This document shows, piece after piece, positions 30,310 through 39,380 of a stretch of 64,000 nucleotides of DNA (positions are counted from its first letter, which is position 1; the number at the start of each line of letters is the position of its first letter). The stretch covers positions 16,685-80,684 of the forward strand of contig JANQFK010000062.1 in NCBI GenBank assembly GCA_028277885.1, written 5' to 3'. The position numbers were made by a program, and so were the translations under genes. The notes beneath the pieces are model-generated. The model made no database searches, was not told where the DNA came from, and saw only the letters and a list, made by a program, of their open reading frames with translations. This DNA is from Myxococcota bacterium. GTDB lineage: Bacteria; Myxococcota_A; UBA9160; UBA6930.

Positions 30310-31697
30310 CAACGCGCGAGCTCCTCCAGGGCTGCGACCAGGCGCGGCGCCAGGCTGGAGACGTTCCCGGCCCCCATCACCAGCACCAGGTCGCCCTCGC
30401 GCAGCTCCGGCGCGAGCTCCTCCACCACCCGCTCGAGGTCCGGGACGAAGCGCACCGAGCGGTGGCCGTGGGCCTCGATGGCGGCGGCCAGGGCGGCGCT
30501 CTCCACGTTCGGGATCTTCTCCTCGCCCGCCGCGTAGATCTCGGTGAGCCAGAGCGCGTCGGAGTCGTGGAACGCGGTGGCGAAGGACTCGAACAGGTCC
30601 CGGGTGCGCGTGTAGCGGTGGGGCTGGAACACGGCCACGATGCGGCCGGCGTGGAGCTCCCGGGCGGCCGCCAGGGTGGCGCGGATCTCGGTGGGGTGGT
30701 GGCCGTAGTCGTCCACCACGCGCACCCCCGCCGCGCTGCCCACGGTCTCGAAGCGCCGCTCCACGCCGCCGAAGGACTCGAGGGCCTCGGCCGCGGTGGC
30801 GAAGGGCACGTCGAGCTCGAGGGCCACGCACAGTGCGGCCAGTGCGTTCTGGACGTTGTGGCGGCCGGGGAGCGGCAGGTGCAGCGCGCCCAGGCGCTCG
30901 CCCCGGCGCCGCACGTGGAAGCGCACGCCCCAGTGGAGCGCCTCGGGGTTGGCCGCCACCAGGTCGGCCTGGGCCGAGAACCCGTAGGTCACGATGCGGC
31001 GGGAGAGCCGCGGCAGGATCGCCTGGACGCCCGGGTCGTCGAGGCACGCCACGGTGAGGCCCCAGAAGGGCACCCGGTTGGCGAAGTCCGCGAAGCCCGC
31101 GTGGATCGCCTCCAGGCTGCCCCAGTGGTCGAGGTGCTCCGCCTCGACGTTGGTGACCACGGCGATCACGGGCTGCAGGCGGAGGAAGGAGCCGTCGCTC
31201 TCGTCGGCCTCGGCCACCAGGAAGTCGCCGCGGCCGAGTCGCATGCCGCCGCTGGCGCCGCGCACCCGGCCGCCGATCACCGCCGTGGGGTCGAGGCCGG
31301 CGGCGTCGAGCACGTGGGCCACCAGGGAGGTCGTGGTCGTCTTGCCGTGGGCTCCCGCGACCGCGATGCCCTCCTTCATGCGCATGATCTCGGCGAGCAT
31401 CTCCGCCCGCGGGATCACCGGGATGCCGCGCTGGATGGCCTCGCGGATCTCCGGGTTGCTGGCGCGCACCGCCGACGAGACCACCACCACGTCGGCGTCC
31501 TCCACGTGGCCGGCGTCGTGGCCCACCGCCACCGCGAGGCCGCGATCGCGCAGCCGCGCGAGGACCGCCCCCTCGCGCAGGTCGGAGCCGCTCACGCGGC
31601 AGCCGAGATCGTGGAGCAGCTCGGCCAGGCCGCTCATCCCGACCCCGCCGATGCCCACGAAGTGGGCGCGGCGCACGCGCCGCAGCATCGGATTCAT
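30309..31697 (-). CDS. murC: UDP-N-acetylmuramate--L-alanine ligase
   Basis: HFVGIGGVGMSG, GAHGKTTT, EADESDGSF, DDYGHHPTE, FQPHRYTRT. Confidence 0.97.
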   Translation of the reverse strand: MNPMLRRVRRAHFVGIGGVGMSGLAELLHDLGCRVSGSDLREGAVLARLRDRGLAVAVGHDAGHVEDADVVVVSSAVRASNPEIREAIQRGIPVIPRAEMLAEIMRMKEGIAVAGAHGKTTTTSLVAHVLDAAGLDPTAVIGGRVRGASGGMRLGRGDFLVAEADESDGSFLRLQPVIAVVTNVEAEHLDHWGSLEAIHAGFADFANRVPFWGLTVACLDDPGVQAILPRLSRRIVTYGFSAQADLVAANPEALHWGVRFHVRRRGERLGALHLPLPGRHNVQNALAALCVALELDVPFATAAEALESFGGVERRFETVGSAAGVRVVDDYGHHPTEIRATLAAARELHAGRIVAVFQPHRYTRTRDLFESFATAFHDSDALWLTEIYAAGEEKIPNVESAALAAAIEAHGHRSVRFVPDLERVVEELAPELREGDLVLVMGAGNVSSLAPRLVAALEELAR

Positions 31698-32854
31698 CCG
31701 TTCCCTCCCCCCTCGGCGCGGATCCTCGCCGACGCCGCGCGATCGCGCGATCCCCCCAGGCCGCGGCAGGCGTCGAGGATCGCCTCGGCGGCGTCGGGCC
31801 GCGCCGTCTCGGCGGCGCGCTCGCCCATCTCGACCAGCCGCTTCGGGTCGCGCCCGAGCTCCTCGATGGCGGCGGCCAGCCGGGGCGCGAGCTCTTCCGG
31901 TCCTTCCAGCACCCGGGCGGCGCCGAGGGCCTCGAGCACGCGGGCGTTGGCGGCCTGCTCGCCGCCGCCCACGTGGGCGAGGGGGACCAGGATCGAGGCC
32001 CGGCCGGCCAGCCCCAGCTCGGCGACGGTGAGGGCGCCGGCGCGGCACACCACCAGGTCCGCCCAGCGGTAGCGCGCCGCCATGTCCCGCTCGAAGGCCA
32101 CCACCTCGGCCGCGACCCCGGCCTGGGCGTAGCTGCGGGCCACGCGCTCGCGGTCCGCCCCGCCGGTCTGGTGCACGACGGCGAGCCGGCTGCGGTCGAG
32201 GCGGGTGAGCGCCTCGAGCATGGCGTCGTTGATCTGCCGTGCCCCCTGGCTGCCGCCGAAGACGAACAGCCGCAGGGGCGGCGCGGGCTCCCGGCGCGGC
32301 GCGCCGGGCTCGAAGGCCTCCACCAGGGAGCGGCGCAGGGGCAGGCCGGTGACGCGCACGCGCGGGTCGCCGGCGCCGCGGCCGAGCCGCGCCGCGGCGG
32401 GCTCGAAGCCCACGAACAGCAGCGAGGCGAAGCGGGCCATGGCCCGGTTGGCCAGCCCGGGGACCGCGTTGGCCTCGAGGAGCGCCATGGGGATGCCGCA
32501 CAGGCGCGCCGCCAGGGCGCCGGGCACCGCCGCGTAGCCGCCCACGGCGATCAGGCGGTCGGCGCCGAACTCCCGCAGCACCTTGCGGGCGGCGAGGGTC
32601 GAGCCGGCCAGCGCGAGCGCGCTGCGGGCCCGCCCGAGCAGCCCCTGGCCGATCACCGGCCGCGCGTCGAGGGCGACCAGCTCGAAGCCGGCGTCGGGCA
32701 CCAGCCGCGTCTCGAGGCCGCGCTGCGCCCCGAGGAACAGGACCGCCTCCCCGGCCTCGCGCAGGCGCTCGGCCAGGGCCAGGGCGGGCATCACGTGGCC
32801 CCCGGTGCCGCCGCCGGCGAGCACCCAGCGCAGGCCGCCGCCCGCCGCGCTCAC
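31694..32854 (-). CDS. murG: Undecaprenyl-PP-MurNAc-pentapeptide GlcNAc transferase
   Basis: GGGTGGHV, GGYAA, FGGSQGA, RAGALTVAE. Confidence 0.96.
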   Translation of the reverse strand: MSAAGGGLRWVLAGGGTGGHVMPALALAERLREAGEAVLFLGAQRGLETRLVPDAGFELVALDARPVIGQGLLGRARSALALAGSTLAARKVLREFGADRLIAVGGYAAVPGALAARLCGIPMALLEANAVPGLANRAMARFASLLFVGFEPAAARLGRGAGDPRVRVTGLPLRRSLVEAFEPGAPRREPAPPLRLFVFGGSQGARQINDAMLEALTRLDRSRLAVVHQTGGADRERVARSYAQAGVAAEVVAFERDMAARYRWADLVVCRAGALTVAELGLAGRASILVPLAHVGGGEQAANARVLEALGAARVLEGPEELAPRLAAAIEELGRDPKRLVEMGERAAETARPDAAEAILDACRGLGGSRDRAASARIRAEGGGNG

Positions 32855-34020
32855 TTCGCCCTCCGCGCGGAGGCCGCGCGGCGGCCCGGCGTGCCACCGC
32901 CGCGCACCTCGTGGGCGGGATCGCGGGCCACGCACAGCAGCCCGCCCACGGCGAGGCAGCACACCAGCAGCGAGGTCCGGCCGTAGGACAGGAAGGGCAG
33001 GGTGAGGCCCTTGGTGGGCAGCAGCCCCATCACCACCGCGGCGTTGAGGGCCGCGGGCGCGACCAGCAGCAGCGTGAGGCCGAAGGCGAGCAGCATGGAG
33101 AAGCGGCGCCGGGCCGCCAGCGCGATGCGCACGCCGGCCACCAGCAGCACCGCGAAGGCGGCCAGCACCACCAGCACGCCCACCAGGCCGAGCTCCTCGG
33201 CCACCACCGAGAGCACGAAGTCCGTGTGGGCCTCGGGCAGGTAGTGGAGCTTCTGGCGGCTGTAGCCCCAGCCCACGCCCGTCGCGCCCCCGCGGCCGAA
33301 GGCCACGAACGACTGCACGAGCTGGAAGCCCTGGTCGCGCGCCGTCTCCCAGGGCTCGAGGAAGCCCGTCCAGCGCCGCCACGCGTAGGGCCGCAGCGCC
33401 ACGTAGGCGGCGACGCCGCCGGCGGCGAGCAGGGTGGGGCCGAGCAGCCAGCGCAGCCGGGCGCCCGAGGCGAACAGCAGCGCGCCCACCAGGCCCACGG
33501 CGAGCACCGCGTTGCCGAGGTCGGGCTGGAGCACGAGCAGCGCGGCGGGCACGACGCCGAGGGCGAGGGCGACGCCGAAGCGGCGCCCCGAGAGCGGCGC
33601 GCGCCCGTCGCGGCGCGCCACCACGGCCGCCACCGCGACCACCCCCGCGAGCTTCGCCACCTCGGCGGGCTGGAACGCGGTGCCGAGGCCCGGCAGCGCG
33701 AGCCAGCGGCGCGCGCCGTTCACCTCGTTGCCGAGCCACAGCGTGAGCGCCAGCGTCACCACGGCGAGGCCCCAGAGCGGCAGGGCGAGCACGTGCCAGG
33801 CACGCAGCGGCAGCCGGGCGGCGCCGGCGGCGAGCAGTCCGCCCGCCGCGAGGGCGCCCAGGTGGCGCAGGAAGTGGGGCGGGACGCGGGCGTCGAGGGC
33901 CAGTGGCGCCGTGGTGCTGTAGCTCATCACCGCGCCCAGGCCGGCCAGCACCAGCACGGCGCCCAGCAGCCAGTGGTCCGGCGGCACGCCGGCGGTGGCG
34001 GGACGGGTCGCCGCGCTCAC
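32851..34020 (-). CDS. ftsW: SEDS peptidoglycan polymerase FtsW
   Basis: NGARRW, FQPAEVAK, QPDLG, LPEAHTDF, PTKGLTLPFLSYG. Confidence 0.95.
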   Translation of the reverse strand: MSAATRPATAGVPPDHWLLGAVLVLAGLGAVMSYSTTAPLALDARVPPHFLRHLGALAAGGLLAAGAARLPLRAWHVLALPLWGLAVVTLALTLWLGNEVNGARRWLALPGLGTAFQPAEVAKLAGVVAVAAVVARRDGRAPLSGRRFGVALALGVVPAALLVLQPDLGNAVLAVGLVGALLFASGARLRWLLGPTLLAAGGVAAYVALRPYAWRRWTGFLEPWETARDQGFQLVQSFVAFGRGGATGVGWGYSRQKLHYLPEAHTDFVLSVVAEELGLVGVLVVLAAFAVLLVAGVRIALAARRRFSMLLAFGLTLLLVAPAALNAAVVMGLLPTKGLTLPFLSYGRTSLLVCCLAVGGLLCVARDPAHEVRGGGTPGRRAASARRAK

Positions 34021-35381
34021 GCCCGGCCCTCCTCGGCTCCCTGGGCTCCCTCTGCGCCCGGCAGGGCGGCCACCGCCTGCTGGAAGCGCCGGCCGCGCTC
34101 CTCGAAGCCCGAGAACTGGTCGAAGCTCGCGCAGGCGGGCGAGAGCAGCACCACGTCGCCGGGCTCCGCGAGCTCGGCGGCCCGCGCCACCGCGGCCTCG
34201 AGGCTCGCCATCCCCTCGGTGGACACGCGGGGCCGCAGCGCCGCCGCGATCTTCTCCGCCGCCTCGCCGATCAGCAGCGCGTGGCGCACGCGCCCCGCCG
34301 CCGTCTCGGCGAGGGCGTCGAAGGAGAGCCCCTTGTCGCGTCCGCCGGCGATCCAGATCACCGGGGCATCCTGGACCGTGAGGGCGCGCGCCGCCGCGCC
34401 GGGGTTGGTGGCCTTGGAGTCGTCCAGCCAGGTCGCCCCGCCGGGCCCGGCGACGCGCTGCATGCGGTGGGGGAGGGGCGCGAAGTCGGCGAGGGCGCCG
34501 AGGGCCCGGCCGGGATCGGCGCCGCTCGCGTGGGCGGCGAGCAGGGCGGCGAGCAGGTTCTCGGGGCCGACCTGGCGCGCGGGCTCCGGGTCCACGGGAT
34601 AGCGCTGCCAGCGCTCGTCGCGGGCCAGCACGATGGCGCCGGCATCCCACCAGGCGCCGTTCGGGACCGGCGCCGCGCGCCGGAACAGCCAGCGCCGGGC
34701 GCGGGCCCCGGCGGTGGCGCCGAGCGCCACGGCATCGTCGCCGTTCACCACCGCGTGGTCCGACGGCTGCTGGTTGGCGAACAGCCGCCCCTTGGTGGCG
34801 GCGTAGACCTCGAGGCTGCCGTGGCGGTCGAGGTGGTCCTCGGTCACGTTGAGCAGCACGGCGACCCGCGGCCGCAGGGACTCGACGGCCTCGAGCTGGA
34901 AGGAGGAGACCTCGAGCACGGCCACGTCGAGGGGCTGGCCCACGAGGTCGAGGGCCGGCTCGCCCAGGTTGCCCGCGGCCCGCGCGCGCAGGCCCGCGGC
35001 GCGCAGCATGGCCTCCACGAGCCGCACCGTGGTGGACTTGCCGTTGGTGCCCGTCACCGCGACCACCGGGACCGAGAGCGCACGCGCCGCCAGCTCCACG
35101 TCGCCCCACACGCGCCGCGCGCCGCCCGCGTAGCGCTCCCGCGGCACCCCCGGGCTCGGCACCACGAGGTCGAAGTCCGCCGGGTCCGCCACCTCGGGGA
35201 GCGCACCCCGCCGCACCTCGACGGCGGCGGGCAGGTCCCCGGCCGGGGCGTCGGCGCGCTCGTCGACGGCCAGCACCCGGGCGCCGTGGGCGGCGCAGTA
35301 GGCCGCGGCGCTGCGTCCGGAGACGCCCAGGCCGAGCACGAGCACGCGCTTGCCGTCGAGTTCGTGGGTCGCCTCGGCCAT
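34017..35381 (-). CDS. murD: UDP-MurNAc-L-Ala--D-glutamate ligase
   Basis: GLGVSG, TGTNGKST, EVSSFQL, DHLDRH, DDSKATN, LSPACASFDQF. Confidence 0.95.
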   Translation of the reverse strand: MAEATHELDGKRVLVLGLGVSGRSAAAYCAAHGARVLAVDERADAPAGDLPAAVEVRRGALPEVADPADFDLVVPSPGVPRERYAGGARRVWGDVELAARALSVPVVAVTGTNGKSTTVRLVEAMLRAAGLRARAAGNLGEPALDLVGQPLDVAVLEVSSFQLEAVESLRPRVAVLLNVTEDHLDRHGSLEVYAATKGRLFANQQPSDHAVVNGDDAVALGATAGARARRWLFRRAAPVPNGAWWDAGAIVLARDERWQRYPVDPEPARQVGPENLLAALLAAHASGADPGRALGALADFAPLPHRMQRVAGPGGATWLDDSKATNPGAAARALTVQDAPVIWIAGGRDKGLSFDALAETAAGRVRHALLIGEAAEKIAAALRPRVSTEGMASLEAAVARAAELAEPGDVVLLSPACASFDQFSGFEERGRRFQQAVAALPGAEGAQGAEEGRA

Positions 35382-36454
35382 CAGCGCAGCTTCAGCGACG
35401 AGACGGACACGATGGCCAGGATGATCGAGATGATCCAGAAGCGCACCACGATCTTCTGCTCCGCCCAGCCCATCTCCTCGAAGTGGTGGTGGATCGGCGC
35501 CATGCGGAACACCCGCCGGCCGGTCAGCTTGAACGAGGCCACCTGGATCATCACCGAGAGCGTCTCGACCACGAAGATCCCGCCCACCACGGCGAGCAGG
35601 ATCTCCTGGCGGATCACCACCGCGATGGCGCCCAGGGCGCCGCCGAGGGCGAGGGAGCCGACGTCGCCCATGAAGAGCTGGGCCGGGTAGGTGTTGAACC
35701 ACAGGAAGCCCAGGCCGCCGCCCACCAGCGCGCCGCAGAAGATGGTGAGCTCCCCGCTGCCGGGCACGTGCTTCACGGCCAGGTAGTCGGCGAAGCCGGC
35801 GTGGCCGGCGATGTAGCAGAGGCCCAGGAAGGTGCCGGCGGCGATCATCACGGGGCCGATGGCGAGGCCGTCGAGGCCGTCGGTGAGGTTCACCGCGTTG
35901 CTGGCCGCGACGATCACCATGGCGGCCAGGGGCACGTAGAACCAGCCCAGGTTCGGCGTGAAGTTCTTGAAGAACGGCACCGCGAGCTCCTTGTCGAAGC
36001 TCGGGTCGGTGTAGATCAGCCAGGCCACGCCGAAGGCGAGCACGAACTGCCACAGCAGCTTGGTGCGGGCGCGGATGCCGTCGCTCTTCTGGCTGCGCAC
36101 CTTGCGGTAGTCGTCCAGGAAGCCCAGCAGCCCGTAGCCGATGGTGAGGCCCAGCACGATCCACACGCCGCGGTTGTCGAGGCGCGTCCAGAGCAGCACC
36201 GAGACGGCCAGGGCGAGCAGGATCAGCAGCCCGCCCATGGTGGGCGTGCCCTCCTTCTCCTGGTGGTCCGGTCCGATCTCCCGGATCGGCTGGCCCACGC
36301 GCAGGCGCCCCAGGGCGCGGATCAGCGGCGGACCGAGCACGAAGGAGAGGAACAGCGCCGTCAGGGTGGCGGCCCCGGTCCGGAAGGTGATGTAGCCGAA
36401 CACGTTGAAGGCGCCGATCCGGTCCGCCAGGGGATAGAGCAGGTGGTAGAGCAT
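35381..36454 (-). CDS. mraY: Phospho-N-acetylmuramoyl-pentapeptide transferase
   Basis: KEGTPTMGG, NAVNLTDGLDGL, FMGDVGSL, MAPIHHHFE. Confidence 0.98.
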   Translation of the reverse strand: MLYHLLYPLADRIGAFNVFGYITFRTGAATLTALFLSFVLGPPLIRALGRLRVGQPIREIGPDHQEKEGTPTMGGLLILLALAVSVLLWTRLDNRGVWIVLGLTIGYGLLGFLDDYRKVRSQKSDGIRARTKLLWQFVLAFGVAWLIYTDPSFDKELAVPFFKNFTPNLGWFYVPLAAMVIVAASNAVNLTDGLDGLAIGPVMIAAGTFLGLCYIAGHAGFADYLAVKHVPGSGELTIFCGALVGGGLGFLWFNTYPAQLFMGDVGSLALGGALGAIAVVIRQEILLAVVGGIFVVETLSVMIQVASFKLTGRRVFRMAPIHHHFEEMGWAEQKIVVRFWIISIILAIVSVSSLKLR

Positions 36455-37848
36455 CAGTCCCCCTCGCAGAGGGCGGCGACGACGCGTTCCATCTGCATCG
36501 AGCGCGAGCCCTTCACCAGCACGTGGTCCCGAGCGCCGAGCCCCTCGCGGGCGGCGGCCGCCGCCGCCTCGTGGTCCGCCGCCACGCGGACGCGCTCCGC
36601 CGGCAGCCCCGCCTCCCGCGCGCTGCGGGCCGCCGCCTCGGCGTGGCCGCCGAGCAGGACGAGGCGGTCGAGGCCGAGCTCCGCGGCGAGCCGGCCCGCC
36701 GCCGCGTGGGCGTCGGCGGCGTCGTCGCCGAGCTCCCCCATGTCGCCGAGCACCGCCACCGCGCGCCCCGCGCCGCGCAGCCCGGCCAGGGCGCGCAGCG
36801 CCGACTCGAGGGACTGGGGGTTGGCGTTGTAGGTGTCGTTCACCACCACGCTGCCCGCGGGCCCGGCGACGGGCTCCATGCGCCCCGGCACCGGGCGGTG
36901 GCTCGCGAGCCCCTCGGCGATGGCGTCGAGGTCCGCGCCCGCCGCCGCGGCGGCGGCCGCCGCCGCCAGGGCGTTCGCGACCGTGGGCTCGCCGAGCCCC
37001 GCCACGTGCACGGCGCGGCGGCCCGGCGGGCCCACCAGGGCGAGGTCGAAGCCGTCGCCCGCGCGGGCGACGTCCTCGGCGCGCCAGTCGGCCTCGGGGC
37101 CGAGCCCGAAGTGCACCACCCGCGCCGGGGTCCGGCTCGCCTGGGCCATCACCCGGGCGTCGTCGGCGTTCAGCACCGCCGTGGCGCTCGCCTCGAGGGC
37201 GGCGACGAGGTCGCCCTTCTCGGTGGCGATCGCCTCCCGGGAGCCCAGGAACTCGATGTGGGCCGTGCCCACGTTGGTGATCACGCCCACCGTGGGCCGC
37301 GCGATGCGCGCGAGGGGCGCGATCTCGCCGCGGTGGTTCATGCCGATCTCGACCACGAGGGCGACGTGGTGGGGCTCGCGCTCGAGCAGCGTGAGGGGCA
37401 GCCCGAACTGGTTGTTCAGGTTGCCGCGGGTCTTGAGGCAGGGCCCGGTGCGCGCCAGGATCGCGGCGCACATCTCCTTGGTGGTGGTCTTGCCGTTGCT
37501 CCCGGTGATCGCCACCACCGGCCCGTCGAAGCCCGCCCGGTGGCCGGCGGCGAGGTCGCCGAGGGCGCGCGTCGTGTCCGCGACCTCGAGCACGGCCAGG
37601 TCCTCGCCCGCCGAGGCCGGCAGCGTGCGGCCGCGCTCCACCACGAGGCCGCCGCAGCCCGCGGCGAGCGCCCGCTCGAGGAAGTCGTGGGCGTCGAAGC
37701 TCGGCCCGCGGATCGCGAAGAAGAGCTCGCCCGCCTTGAGGGTGCGCGTGTCCGTGGAGACCCCCTCGAAGCGCACGGCCAGGTCGCCGCGCACCCCGTC
37801 GGCGCCCATCCAGGTCGCGGCCTCGGCGGCGCGGAAGGCCACGCTCAT
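36454..37848 (-). CDS. murF: UDP-MurNAc-tripeptide--D-Ala-D-Ala ligase
   Basis: TGSNGKTTTKE, NNQFGLP, EIGMNH, DTYNANP, VKGSR. Confidence 0.96.
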   Translation of the reverse strand: MSVAFRAAEAATWMGADGVRGDLAVRFEGVSTDTRTLKAGELFFAIRGPSFDAHDFLERALAAGCGGLVVERGRTLPASAGEDLAVLEVADTTRALGDLAAGHRAGFDGPVVAITGSNGKTTTKEMCAAILARTGPCLKTRGNLNNQFGLPLTLLEREPHHVALVVEIGMNHRGEIAPLARIARPTVGVITNVGTAHIEFLGSREAIATEKGDLVAALEASATAVLNADDARVMAQASRTPARVVHFGLGPEADWRAEDVARAGDGFDLALVGPPGRRAVHVAGLGEPTVANALAAAAAAAAAGADLDAIAEGLASHRPVPGRMEPVAGPAGSVVVNDTYNANPQSLESALRALAGLRGAGRAVAVLGDMGELGDDAADAHAAAGRLAAELGLDRLVLLGGHAEAAARSAREAGLPAERVRVAADHEAAAAAAREGLGARDHVLVKGSRSMQMERVVAALCEGD

Positions 37849-39380
37849 CGGCTGCGCCCCTCGAGTGCCCGCCGGGCCTCGCGGCGGTCGTCGAAGGGGA
37901 GCTTCTCCCGCCCGATGATCTGGTAGTCCTCGTGTCCCTTGCCCGCGATCACCACCGTGTCGCCGGGGCCGGCGATGGAGATGGCGAGCTGGATCGCCTC
38001 GCGCCGGTCCACCAGGGACACGTAGGCGGAGTCGGTGGCGTCGAGGGCCTCGGGCGCGACCCGGCGCAGCTTCGAGAGGCCGGTCTCCACGTCGGCGAGG
38101 ATCGCCGCGGGGTCCTCGGTGCGCGGGTTGTCGCTGGTCGCCACGGCGCGGTCCGAGACGCGCGCCACGGCCTCGGCCATGAGCGGGCGCTTGCCGCGGT
38201 CGCGGTCGCCGCCGCAGCCGAACACGGTGATGAGGCGCCCCCCCGCCAGCGGCCGCAGCGTGCGCAGCAGCTTCTCCACCGCGTCCGGCGTGTGGGCGTA
38301 GTCGACGAGGACCGTGGGCGCCTGGGGGCCGCCGGCGTCCACGCGCTCGACGCGACCCGGCACCTGGGGGCAGTCCGCGATGCCGGCGCGGATCACGTCG
38401 GGGGCCACGCCGAGGGCCAGGGCCGCGCCCGCGGCCACCAGGGCGTTCTCGACGTTGAAGTCGCCGACCAGCGGGATCGAGAGGGGGAGGGCCGTGCCGT
38501 CGGGGAGCCGCACCCGCGCCTCGGTCCCGTCGAGCCGCACCTCGGACTCCTCGACGCGCAGCTCGGCGTCGGCCCCGGGCTCGCGCGAGACGCGCAGGAT
38601 GCGCGCGCCCGACTCGCCCGCCGCCTCGAGGAAGCCCGGCGCGGAGGGGTCGTCCACGTTCACCACGGCGCTGCCGCCCGCGCCGAGGTGGGCGCGGAAC
38701 AGCTGCTGCTTCGAGCCGCGGTAGGCCTCCATGGTGTCGTGGAAGTCGAGGTGGTCCTGGGTCACGTTGGTGAACGCCGCCACCGCGAAGGGGCAGCCCG
38801 CCACCCGGCCCAGGGCCAGCCCGTGGGACGAGACCTCCATGGCCACCACGTCCACGCCCGCGGTGCGCATGGCGCGCAGGGTGCGCTGGAGATCGAGGCT
38901 CTCGGGCGTGGTGTTGACGGCGCGCTCGCGGTGGCCGGGAAAGCGCGTCTCGAGGGTCCCGATGAGGCCCGGGGTGCGGCCGTCCGCGGCCAGGATCGAC
39001 TCGATCAGGATCGTGGTGCTGGTCTTGCCGTTGGTGCCCGTGACCCCGACCAGCTGGAGCTCCCGGGCCGGCTCGCCGTAGAAGCGCGCGGCCAGCGGGG
39101 CCAGCGCGCGGCGGGTGTCGGGCACGCGGGCGACCGCGACGGAGGCGGCATCGACGCCCTCGGGCGGCGCCTCGACGAGGAGCGCCACGGCGCCGAGCCC
39201 GACCGCCTGGGCGAGGTAGTCGTGGCCGTCGGCGAGGGACCCGCGCAGCGCGACGAAGAGGTCTCCCGGCGACACGGCGCGGGAGTCGTAGGTGATGCCT
39301 CCGATGGGGGGATCGCCGGCCGGGCCCGGGGCCTGCACCGGGGCGGGCAGCGCGGCGAGGAGGTCGGAGAGCCGGATCAT
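37845..39380 (-). CDS. murE: UDP-MurNAc-dipeptide--meso-DAP ligase
   Basis: GTNGKTS, TTPES, MEVSSH, DYAHTPD, DNPR (DAP specificity), AGKGHEDYQ. Confidence 0.97.
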   Translation of the reverse strand: MIRLSDLLAALPAPVQAPGPAGDPPIGGITYDSRAVSPGDLFVALRGSLADGHDYLAQAVGLGAVALLVEAPPEGVDAASVAVARVPDTRRALAPLAARFYGEPARELQLVGVTGTNGKTSTTILIESILAADGRTPGLIGTLETRFPGHRERAVNTTPESLDLQRTLRAMRTAGVDVVAMEVSSHGLALGRVAGCPFAVAAFTNVTQDHLDFHDTMEAYRGSKQQLFRAHLGAGGSAVVNVDDPSAPGFLEAAGESGARILRVSREPGADAELRVEESEVRLDGTEARVRLPDGTALPLSIPLVGDFNVENALVAAGAALALGVAPDVIRAGIADCPQVPGRVERVDAGGPQAPTVLVDYAHTPDAVEKLLRTLRPLAGGRLITVFGCGGDRDRGKRPLMAEAVARVSDRAVATSDNPRTEDPAAILADVETGLSKLRRVAPEALDATDSAYVSLVDRREAIQLAISIAGPGDTVVIAGKGHEDYQIIGREKLPFDDRREARRALEGRSR